A DNA stretch of 64,000 bases from an uncultured Verrucomicrobiae bacterium (GTDB taxonomy: Bacteria; Verrucomicrobiota; Verrucomicrobiia; Limisphaerales; Palsa-1400): contig OY969763.1 of the NCBI GenBank assembly GCA_963702845.1, positions 3,072,001 to 3,136,000 of the forward strand. Reading direction: 5' to 3'. The notes below the pieces were generated by a model. That model saw nothing but the letters and a program-made list of their open reading frames with translations, was not told where the DNA came from and did not search any database. Shown in pieces: positions 34,519 through 43,700 of the stretch; positions within the stretch are counted from its first letter, which is position 1; every line of letters begins with the position of its first letter. The position numbers and the translations under genes were made by a program.

Positions 34519-35934
34519 ATGTACCCTTTGCCAATAACCCGCCGCCAGGCTCTCCGCCGTTTCGCCAACGGCTTCGGCATGCTCGGCCTCGCTGGATTAT
34601 TCGCCAACGATTTTATTTCGAGCGCATTTGCGGCTGACAACCCGCTCGTCGTCAAACCGCCGCAATTTCCGGCGAAAGCAAAGCGTATCATTTTCCTGTT
34701 CATGTCCGGCGGCCCATCGCACGTCGACACTTTCGATCCAAAACCGCGTTTAGCAAAGGACAACGGCAAACCGCTCCCGTTTGAAAAACCAAAGCTCGAA
34801 CGCACGAAAACCGGCAACCTTCTCGCCTCGCCCTGGTCATTCCAAAAACACGGCCAGTGCGGGACGGAAGTCAGCGAACTTTTGCCGCACCTTTCCACCT
34901 GCGTCGACGACATGTGCGTCATCCGCTGCATGGTCGCCGACAACATCAATCACAACGGCGCTTGCCTGCAGATGAATACCGGCGAGCAGGCCTTCTCGCG
35001 ACCAAGCATGGGCTCGTGGCTTAACTACGGGCTCGGCAGCGAAAACCAGGACCTGCCCGGCTTCATCGTCATCAGCCCCGCGCAACCGGCCCAGGGCGCG
35101 CCGCTCTGGAGCTCCAGTTTTCTCCCTGCGGCTTATCAAGGGACGCTCGTCTCCGATTTAAAGAACCCGATCAACAATCTCAAAAACCCGACCTTCACCG
35201 TCGCGCAACAACGCCATCAACTCGATCTCCTAAAAGACCTCAACAAACTCCACGCCGCCGCGCGCGAGGAAGACAGCCGTTTGAGCGCGCGCATCGAATC
35301 CTTCGAACTCGCCTTCCGCATGCAAGCCAAAGCGCCCGAAGCCTTCGACATTTCGAGCGAATCGCCCGAAACTAAAAAACTTTACGGCCTCGACGAAAAA
35401 ATCACCGAGACGTTCGGCAAACAATGTCTGATGGCCCGCCGCCTCGCCGAACGCGGCGTCCGCATGGTTCAGGTCTATCACACGCAGACGACTTATCGCT
35501 CCAGTTGCCAACTTTGGGATCAACACGGCGAACTCCGCAAAGAACTGCCGAACAACTGCGCGGCCGTCGACAAGCCCATCGCCGGCCTGTTGAAAGATCT
35601 GAAAGCCCGCGGCCTGCTCGAAGATACTCTCGTCATCTGGGGCGGCGAATTCGGCCGCACGCCCACCGCCGAAGGCACCAATGGCCGCGAACATCATCCC
35701 TTCGGTTTCACCATGTGGCTCGCCGGCGGCGGCGTCAAAGGCGGCATGACCTACGGCGCGACCGACGAATTCGGCTGGCACGCCGTGGAAAACAAAGTCC
35801 ACGTCCACGATCTCCACGCCACCATCCTGCACCTGATGGGCATCAACCACGAAAAGCTGACCTACCGCTACAGCGGCCGCGACTACCGCCTGACCGATGT
35901 CAGCGGGAATGTCGTAAAAGACATCCTCGGCTGA
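34519..35934 (+). CDS. DUF1501 domain protein (Tat signal)
   Basis: TRRQAL, AKAKRIIFLFMSGGPSHVDTFDPKP, CLMARRLAERGVR, WGGEFGRTP, VHVHDLHATILHL. Confidence 0.93.
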   Translation: MYPLPITRRQALRRFANGFGMLGLAGLFANDFISSAFAADNPLVVKPPQFPAKAKRIIFLFMSGGPSHVDTFDPKPRLAKDNGKPLPFEKPKLERTKTGNLLASPWSFQKHGQCGTEVSELLPHLSTCVDDMCVIRCMVADNINHNGACLQMNTGEQAFSRPSMGSWLNYGLGSENQDLPGFIVISPAQPAQGAPLWSSSFLPAAYQGTLVSDLKNPINNLKNPTFTVAQQRHQLDLLKDLNKLHAAAREEDSRLSARIESFELAFRMQAKAPEAFDISSESPETKKLYGLDEKITETFGKQCLMARRLAERGVRMVQVYHTQTTYRSSCQLWDQHGELRKELPNNCAAVDKPIAGLLKDLKARGLLEDTLVIWGGEFGRTPTAEGTNGREHHPFGFTMWLAGGGVKGGMTYGATDEFGWHAVENKVHVHDLHATILHLMGINHEKLTYRYSGRDYRLTDVSGNVVKDILG

Positions 35935-36008
35935 TTCGTCGGCCATCAGATTTCTATTAAATATCAAAGAACAACGGACGGGCGATAACGCCGGCCCGGA
36001 AAATTGAT

Positions 36009-36497
36009 TCAGGGTTCGCTTTGCGATTTAAAACGAGCGGTGTACGCGCTGAGCTTTTTAGCTTCAATCTCAAGGCGATCGCGAGAGAGGGCGGTTGCTT
36101 CGCGCTGAGTATGGATGCGAACCAGTTTGAAAAAGCCATCGGCGGTGTCGAGCTTCAGGTTCGCAGGATCGAATGCGGCAACAGTGTCGGCGATTTGCAT
36201 CGCCACCAGATTCTCGTTAAAGCGACCAACGTGCGCTTCGTCCTCGGCAGTCATGGTGCGCACTTGATTGAGGGCGGCTTCAGTCCGTGTGAGGAGCCAC
36301 TGGCCGTAACCCGAGCGACGCCAGCGGGTGAGGTTAAATTTGTTGAGGCCGGGGTAGCCCTTGTCCGCCAAATGTTGAATGATCGTTTTATATTCCACGC
36401 CATCGTGGATGGATTGGTTAACGTATTCGATGAGAGCAGAGGGCAATTGAGACACTTTGCCGGTCGGCTTTCGTGAGAGATGAAGTTTAATTTCCAT
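36009..36497 (-). CDS. Hypothetical protein resembling the phage Mu Gp27/DUF3486-like helical DNA-binding family
   Basis: GKVSQLPSALIEYVNQSIHDGVEYKTIIQHL...NLTRWRRSGYGQWL pattern; family assignment is by resemblance only. Confidence 0.5.
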   Translation of the reverse strand: MEIKLHLSRKPTGKVSQLPSALIEYVNQSIHDGVEYKTIIQHLADKGYPGLNKFNLTRWRRSGYGQWLLTRTEAALNQVRTMTAEDEAHVGRFNENLVAMQIADTVAAFDPANLKLDTADGFFKLVRIHTQREATALSRDRLEIEAKKLSAYTARFKSQSEP

Positions 36498-36523
36498 ATA
36501 GTAAGGGGGGGGTGGTGTGTTTA

Positions 36524-36623
36524 ACCGCAACTAGGCGCAACTCTCCGCAATTCACCTCGGAAGGCTAAGTTGGCGAAATCCGTAACATTCCGCAAGATTC
36601 CGTAACTCTCCGCATATTTCCGT
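36524..36623. repeat. Two blocks of 10-bp-period repeats with core CG(C/T)A
   Basis: accgcaacta ggcgcaactc tccgcaattc; tccgtaacat tccgcaagat tccgtaactc tccgcatatt tccgt. Confidence 0.75.
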
Positions 36624-36720
36624 GTCATTGTATTCATATTCGTTGTTCCTGTGGCATGATCCGGTCGCCTTGACCAATTCACTGCATTCCGATGCAAATG
36701 GTCACATGCCACGTAAGTAG

Positions 36721-36749
36721 TGTCTACATAACGCAGCTTTCTTTGTCAA
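36721..36749 (-). promoter_or_regulatory. Sigma70-type promoter pointing toward the Gp27-like gene
   Basis: Minus strand TTGACA-N17-TAGACA. Confidence 0.45.
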
Positions 36750-36776
36750 CAATGTAAATTGTCGAAGGGCGCTTGA

Positions 36777-37173
36777 AAGTGGACAGTCACAGCGGAACCG
36801 TTCGCAGTAAAAGGCCCCGGTGGCAAACTAACCAACAAAGACATCGATCACCTTCTTTATGGTCGGACGTCGTGACGTATTTCTCGACACCTCGGGCCTT
36901 TTTTCTGCGCTGGTAGACAAAAACGACGGCTGGCACGACAAAGCCGCCCACTTGGTCCGCCAAATCCTCCAAAGCCACCGGAAGCTCGTTACCACTGATC
37001 AAATTATCAGTGAGACCGTCAACCTTGCCATCGCCCGCAAAAGCCATTTCGTTGGCAAACGTGTTCTCGACCTCGTGGAACAAAGCGCCGGCATTTCGGT
37101 CGAATGGATCGACTCCTTGACGTCAGACGTTGTTTTTGTCGCAAATTTTAGTTTGTTACTGAATACTCGATAA
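36777..37173 (+). pseudogene. Truncated VapBC-type toxin-antitoxin remnant (antitoxin C-terminus + PIN-domain N-terminal part)
   Basis: PIN motifs VFLDTSG, DGWH, LVTTDQIISET, diverging after SVEWID; an overlapping upstream frame without a start ends KLTNKDIDHLLYGRTS*. Confidence 0.7.
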
Positions 37174-37195
37174 ACCCAGCCGGTCATTTCCTATC

Positions 37196-38974
37196 ATGAC
37201 AAAATTTACGCGCCGCAACTTTTTTGAGAAAACGGCGATGGCGATGGGTGCTGCGGTGGCTGCCGCGCCGGGAATGGGTTTGGCAAAGATGGCTGGTTCG
37301 GAGGGACCGACTTTTTCCCGACCGGGTTTTTCTTTTCTGCACACATATGAAGGCAGCGGACGCTATTGGCGCGGCCTGGAAAAGGCTGGTTTGCTGCGAC
37401 GCACCACGGGCGTGCGATTGGTCAATTCGCCCTGGGCCGACGACGCGTTGCGTTTTAATTCTGTCGCCCGGGCAGACGGTGAATTGCATCGCATTATCCA
37501 GAAACGAAAGTGCCCCTTTGTCATCGATCGAGTGACCGGCGGCGCGCACTATCGACCCTACAATTACGACCAATCACTGATCGAGAGCTACGCCAGGTTG
37601 CTCGGCAACAAATTCCTGGGCGGGCAAGTGCATGAAACCGTCTGTAACACGCATAACGATTGGGATCGTTTTGTCAGTGCGAACAAAAAGTTCACTACTG
37701 AACCAATCAATCCGGACGAATTGCGAAGTTATTTTACCTGCAAAAACGCCCCACGCTGCCTGGAATACGGAACAGTGGACGATTACGCCGGACGAATGCA
37801 TCCCAGGGATAACAATGATTTCTGGCGGGAAATTGAGTCGAACTTCCGTCGTGAGAGCAAACGTTTCGGCTCGCATACCAGCTACTGCGAAGGCAGTGCG
37901 TGGGGAGACCTGACGTGGCACGCTTTTTATAAATCTGGCGCAAACTTCTGTCTGGCTGAACTCGGTGCTTGGGCTTCGTCGAAATCGCAATTTGCCATTG
38001 CCAGCCTGCGCGGCGCGGCGCGGGCAGCGGGCAAGCCGTGGGGCATTTTCTATGCGCCATGGGGTCCAGAAGGATGCACCGCGATGGTTCCGGAAAAGGA
38101 TTGGTCCTGGCAATGCCCCATCACATTTTTCGAAGGAACCGGCTGGCCAATGGGACCAGACCGCGGTCCATCCACCGCATTACAACAGCGGCTGTTTTTT
38201 CATGCTTACCTGTCCGGGGCCTGGACGCTTCACGAGGAATGGGGTGCCGAATGTAATTTGCTCGATTGGGAAACAGCACAGCTTTCCTGTTGCGGCCATA
38301 TCACGCAGGCACTGCTGGACTTTCAGGAGAAACATCCTGACGTCGGCGAGCCATACACGCCACTTGCTCTCGTTCTGGACGCGCGGATTCCCACGTCTGA
38401 CGCGCCGCTGTGGGAAGAAATCAAAACGGCTCTTTTTCAAAATAGCCCCAAAGACAAGGCCTGCGCTACCCGCAAGAATTCTGGCATTGCCGAAGCGGAT
38501 TGCTACGCACCGTGTGTTGTCCCGGAAATATTCAACATCGTGCCCGCGGATGCACCCGCTTCTGTTTGGAACCAATACAAAGAAACGATCCTGGTCGGAA
38601 CTGGAGCACCTCCTCCGGGCGCTAAAGTTTTCCCACCCGAAAAGCAGGCCGGAGAAATCATCCGAAGTGCGCAGAAGCTATCTCCGTTCGAACGAAGCAC
38701 ACACCTGCCTATGCAAATCAATTACCGTAAGCATGACGGAGCGTGGATCGTTGGCCTGCATAATCCGTGGGGTGCTCGTCGTGGTGATGTTAGGAACCTT
38801 GGCAGCATTCTGAACGAGAGCTGCGCGCAACGAGAAGTCTTTCAGCCAAAATTTTCCATGAAATCAGCGAAAGTAATCCACGCGTGGCCCGCCAGTTCGC
38901 GCCTGTCACGCCACGGCGATACGCTTGAAGCGATTGTAGGCGCAGGCGGCACTCTGATCGTTGAAGTCAGATAG
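37196..38974 (+). CDS. Tat-exported hypothetical protein
   Basis: TRRNFFEK twin-arginine signal; 592 aa, Trp/Cys-rich; no family recognised. Confidence 0.75.
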   Translation: MTKFTRRNFFEKTAMAMGAAVAAAPGMGLAKMAGSEGPTFSRPGFSFLHTYEGSGRYWRGLEKAGLLRRTTGVRLVNSPWADDALRFNSVARADGELHRIIQKRKCPFVIDRVTGGAHYRPYNYDQSLIESYARLLGNKFLGGQVHETVCNTHNDWDRFVSANKKFTTEPINPDELRSYFTCKNAPRCLEYGTVDDYAGRMHPRDNNDFWREIESNFRRESKRFGSHTSYCEGSAWGDLTWHAFYKSGANFCLAELGAWASSKSQFAIASLRGAARAAGKPWGIFYAPWGPEGCTAMVPEKDWSWQCPITFFEGTGWPMGPDRGPSTALQQRLFFHAYLSGAWTLHEEWGAECNLLDWETAQLSCCGHITQALLDFQEKHPDVGEPYTPLALVLDARIPTSDAPLWEEIKTALFQNSPKDKACATRKNSGIAEADCYAPCVVPEIFNIVPADAPASVWNQYKETILVGTGAPPPGAKVFPPEKQAGEIIRSAQKLSPFERSTHLPMQINYRKHDGAWIVGLHNPWGARRGDVRNLGSILNESCAQREVFQPKFSMKSAKVIHAWPASSRLSRHGDTLEAIVGAGGTLIVEVR

Positions 38975-38993
38975 CTCTGACTACCATCGATCT

Positions 38994-39413
38994 TCAATGC
39001 TCGACGCTTACCATCCAACCAACACCGAACTTATCGGTGAGCATACCGAACTTGGATGTCCAAAATGTTTTTGTCAGAGGCATGCGCACTTGTCCGCCGG
39101 CAACAAGAGCGTTAAAGAGTTTTTCAGCTTCGGCATCGTTCGCTGCGGAAACACCCAGGGAAAAACCTTCGAATTTCGCGGTGGCTTCGCAGCCATCGGA
39201 GGCCATCAGCACTGAACTGCCAATTCGGAAGCTTGAATGCATGATTTTGTTTTCCCACCCCGCAGGAACCATCCCCGGCGGGTGCGGCTCAGGACTTTCG
39301 TTGTAACGCATGATGAAGTCCACTTGCGCACCGAGTGCGGATTTATAGAAATCGAGCGCTTCCTGGCAACGACCACCGAAGAACAAATACGGCTGGACTG
39401 ATTTGTCTTTCAT
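38994..39413 (-). CDS. VOC family protein (PhnB-like)
   Basis: PYLFFGGRCQEALDFY, KIMHS, LMASD, FWTSKFGMLTDKFGVGWMV. Confidence 0.92.
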   Translation of the reverse strand: MKDKSVQPYLFFGGRCQEALDFYKSALGAQVDFIMRYNESPEPHPPGMVPAGWENKIMHSSFRIGSSVLMASDGCEATAKFEGFSLGVSAANDAEAEKLFNALVAGGQVRMPLTKTFWTSKFGMLTDKFGVGWMVSVEH

Positions 39414-39458
39414 TTGACTAAGCTAACCCGAGACCGATGTCGCACAAGGGGAAATGGT

Positions 39459-39734
39459 CTACCGAAAGAAAATCGCCCAGAGGCCGCTGATGACGATTAG
39501 TAAAATAATCGCGATCACCCACCAAAATCGGCTGATGCCGTGTGGAACGGCTTTCTTTTTGCCGAACTCGCGGTCGACGAATTCGTCGTAATCGAAGTTT
39601 TCCTCCGGCAAGTCCAAGCCATCAACGTGCGTTTCGTCAGACCAACCCGTCGATTCGTCTGACCCGCATTCGGGACAGGATTTAGCGTTGCGCGGGACGT
39701 CGGCGCCGCAGTTGGGGCAGACTTCGGGAGTCAT
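39459..39734 (-). CDS. Zinc-ribbon membrane protein
   Basis: CPNCG...CPECG followed by an acidic linker and a C-terminal TM helix. Confidence 0.8.
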   Translation of the reverse strand: MTPEVCPNCGADVPRNAKSCPECGSDESTGWSDETHVDGLDLPEENFDYDEFVDREFGKKKAVPHGISRFWWVIAIILLIVISGLWAIFFR

Positions 39735-39736
39735 GA

Positions 39737-39770
39737 AGCAAGGCTAAAGGCTAAAAGCTGAAGGCTAAAG
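39737..39770. repeat. Degenerate heptamer tandem repeat (AAGGCTA)
   Basis: aaggcta aaggcta aaagctg aaggcta. Confidence 0.7.
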
Positions 39771-39785
39771 TGAAAAAGAAACGGC

Positions 39786-40559
39786 TCAATGCGGCCAGGC
39801 TTGGGTGAACTCACCGACGATGCCGTGCGCGTTCCAGGCGGAATCGGGAACGGTAGTTGGATCGATACTCCAGCGCGAAGCCAATTGGTTCACCTTTTCA
39901 CAATTGAGCGTAAGGCCATCCTTGGCGCTAAAGAGACTGGCGCTCACACCGTATTCATAACAGGTCATTTCGAGTTCTTTTTCTGCGGCGGTGAGCGGAC
40001 CCTGGTTCCAAAGCGTTTCGCCACCCCATGCGTAGGCGCGAAACACCTCGCCTTTGTCGATCAAGGCCCACGCGTGGTAATTCAGAACACGATTCGTATC
40101 AAAAAATTGGACGTGCCCGAGCTTGCGGCTGAGGTCGGCGAGGAAGTGATAGGTAATATCCACGTCTTCGGCCGGATCTGGAAGTCCCGAACCGACCACC
40201 AGAATCCAACCGGAAATTACGGGTGAGACGAATAGCTTATCGTCGTGCGCTTCAACCAAACCTTCTTCCCACGAACAGGGGGTGGTGTGGTGAAGGTGGA
40301 GCGCTTCCTGAACTGCCCGGGCGTTGTTGCTTTTGACGGCAAGCCAGCGAGTGGGCTGGTCGAACGAAAACGGACGATAGCTGCTGACGCCAGTATTAAA
40401 AACGGGTGTGTTAAACTGGGCTTCCAAAGCCGCCTCGTGCCGGCGAGCCTGGGCTCGTCTTAACGCACAGGCGATGAAGAATATCCCCGTCCCTAAAACG
40501 ATGCCGAAAGGAATCAACATCAGCAGCCACGCAACTTCCTTAATCTCTGAAGGGCTCAC
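39786..40559 (-). CDS. Hypothetical protein with N-terminal TM anchor
   Basis: 257 aa; N-terminal hydrophobic helix followed by a globular Trp-rich domain. Confidence 0.7.
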   Translation of the reverse strand: MSPSEIKEVAWLLMLIPFGIVLGTGIFFIACALRRAQARRHEAALEAQFNTPVFNTGVSSYRPFSFDQPTRWLAVKSNNARAVQEALHLHHTTPCSWEEGLVEAHDDKLFVSPVISGWILVVGSGLPDPAEDVDITYHFLADLSRKLGHVQFFDTNRVLNYHAWALIDKGEVFRAYAWGGETLWNQGPLTAAEKELEMTCYEYGVSASLFSAKDGLTLNCEKVNQLASRWSIDPTTVPDSAWNAHGIVGEFTQAWPH

Positions 40560-40736
40560 CTTGTTGTTAATCTAGTCTCCCAATTTGGTTGTTCAACAGG
40601 GAAAAGCTTTATTTCTCACCCCATGGAAAACATTCGCGGCGCGTGCGTTGCACCGGAAAACTTACAAAAAAACTGGCGCGCGGGGCTTGCGAAATGTTCA
40701 ATGGACGGCAACGAACCATCGTCCAAAACCCTGATC

Positions 40737-43700
40737 ATGCGCAAAACTTTTGTCCTACTATTCCTGATCTGTCTGCGTGCCCTCGCCTTTGCGGAGAATT
40801 CTACAAAGGACGACGCAGCGCGATCGTCCCTACCTGCGAAGGTCGGGGGCCGGTTTGAAATTTCGGAAAACGACCGCGTTGCGCTGGTCGGCGACACATT
40901 CATTGAACGCGAACAGGAATATGGCTGGTTCGAAACGGTCCTCTACTCGCGCTTTGCCGACCGGCATTTCACGGTGCGCAATTTGGGCTGGAGCGCGGAC
41001 ACGCCGATGGGCGAATCGCGCGCGAGCTTTGATTTTACCGACGCAAACAAAGGGTTCGAGCGGTTGATGGCGAACATCGCCGACGTCAAACCTACGGTGG
41101 TTTTTCTAGGGTACGGCATGGCGTCGTCGTTCGACGGAGACGCTGGCCTGCCGAAGTTTAAGAGCGATCTCGAACATTTGATGCAGGCCATCCAGGACCA
41201 TTCGAGTAACAGCGTTCGTTTTGTTTTATTGAGTCCGATTCGACATTTCAAATTACCCGCTCCCCTGCCCGATCCGACGGCGCACAACAAACAACTGCTC
41301 GCCTACACAAAAGCCATCCGCGAAATCGCTGGAAAACGCGTTCTGCCGTTTGTTGATTTGTTCGATTGGTCACCGTCCGCATCCGCGCGCGAAATTTCTG
41401 ACGACGGAATCCACCTCACTTCGACCGGCTACCAACTCGTATCCAGCGAGATCGCGCGTCAACTGAAATTTCCTTCCACTGCATTCAAAGTGGTGAAGCC
41501 ATACGAACAGCGGCTGCGCGATACGATCGTTCGCAAGAACCATCTTTATTTCGATCGCTGGCGTCCGCAAAACGAAACGTATCTACTCGGCTTCCGAAAA
41601 CACGAACAAGGGCAGAATGCGAAAGAAATTCCGTTGTTCGATCCGCTCGTTCAGGATGAAGAGCGCAATATCTTCCACGTGCAGGATTTGATCTCTCACA
41701 AGTTAAACGAACCCGAACCGCGCCCAACCGCCACCATTCCGAATCTGATTAAGCCGGACACAAACGCGCCACCACAATGGCAGCCGCAGTTCGATGTCGC
41801 GCCTGGATTTGAGATTTCGTTGTGGGCTGAAAATCCGCTCCTCGCCAAACCGATTCAGATGAACTTCGATCCGCAAGGACGGTTGTGGGTAGCGAGTTCG
41901 TCGCTCTACCCGCAAATCATGCCGGGGCAAAAACCCGACGACAAAATCATCGTGCTCGAAGACACGACCGGTTCTGGCAAAGCCAACAAAGGTTCAGTTT
42001 TTGCAGACGGTCTTTTCCTACCGACGGGCATCGAACCCGGCGATGGCGGGTGTTACGTCGCAGAGAGCACGCAACTGCTGCATTTGTCTGACGAACATCA
42101 CAGCGGAAAGGCCGACACGCGCCGCGTCGTTCTCTCCGCCTTCGGGACCGAAGACACCCACCACATCCTCCACACGTTGCGTTGGGGGCACGATGGCATG
42201 CTCTATTTCGACCAGTCGATTTACATTCACAGCCACATCGAAACACCAAACGGCGTCGTTCGACTAAACAGCGGTGGCATCTTTGAATTCCGTCCACCCA
42301 CGATAGAACTCGAAGTTTTTCTGCGCGGCTTCTGCAATCCGTGGGGACATCAGTTTGATAAGTTCGGGCAATCGTTCGTCACGGACGGCGCAGGATATCA
42401 GGGCATTACCTACGGGGTGCCCGGTGCGACATATTTCACTTACGCGAGCATGCGGCGCGAACTGCAGAGCATCAGTCCCGGGAGTTATCCGAAATTCTGC
42501 GGCCTCGAAATCGTCGGCAGCCAACAATTTCCTGCTGATTGCCAAGGGCAAATGATCACGGCGGATTTTCGCGCCCATCGCATTGCCCGATTCAGCGTCG
42601 CGGAAGAAGGTGCCGGTTATGTTACCAAAGAACTTTCGGATCTTGTGCGCACGACCAATGTCACGTTCCGGCCGATCGACATGAAGTTCGGCCCGGACGG
42701 CGCGCTTTATATCGCTGATTGGTCGAACCCCATCATCAACCACGGCGAAGTCGATTTCCGCGATGGACGTCGCGATCACGAGCATGGAAGAATTTGGCGG
42801 ATCGCTGCCAAGGACCGTCCGCTGCTGCCGCGCGTCAACTTCACAAAACTTTCGGATGAAGAACTTCTTCGCGAACTCGTTTCTCCGAATTCCTACAACG
42901 CTTCCCAAGCGCGGCGCGTATTAACGGAACACGGCAAGCGCGTTGTGCCCGCTCTGCGAAAGTGGATGACTCTTCAAAACACCGATACCGGGTTGCTTCA
43001 AGCGTTGTGGATGTTCCAATCGCTCGACATCGTCGAAACAAATGTTCTCAGCAAAATTTTGCAATCGAACGATGGTCACATTCGCACGGCTGGCTACCGT
43101 GTCTTAAGCGAATGGCACAAGCGCGTGCCGCAAGCGACTGCGTGGCTGGCGCGCGGCTCGCAGGATTCTTTCCTTCGTGTTCGAGTTGAAGCTGTTCGTG
43201 GTCTCGGAAAAATTCCAACCGCAAAATCCGCCGAACTCGTCCTGAACGCATTGGGCACCAAAGACACGTTCGTCGACTATGCAATTTGGCTGAGCATCAA
43301 CGAACTCGCCAAACCCTGGCTGGCTGCGGTGAAGTCCGGCGAATGGAAAGTCGAAGGCCACGAAGACCAGCTTGAGTTCGGTCTCACCTCAATCGAATCC
43401 GACCTCGCCGTTCCGGCGCTTGCCAGTTATGTCAAAGACCACCCGCTGACACGCGATGGCCAAGGTCGCTGGATTGAGCTCATCGGCCGCGCCGGGACCG
43501 CCAACGAGTTGCAGCTTCTCTACGATCACGTCCTCCAAAACGAATTCGATTCCGCTGCTTCGTTACGCGCACTGACTGCATTGCGCGAAGCAGCGAAAAA
43601 CCGAAGCATCAAGCCGGCGTCGCGTCTGGATGAAATCAGCGGTGTGATAAAGAGCAGCACTGCCAAAAACCAACTTGAAGCCGTGCGACTGGCCGGCGAA

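Noticed and set aside
35230..35967. 245-aa minus-strand ORF (and similar long antisense ORFs over aceB, tyrA and cusA)
   Set aside because: Antisense open frames caused by the codon bias of the real genes.
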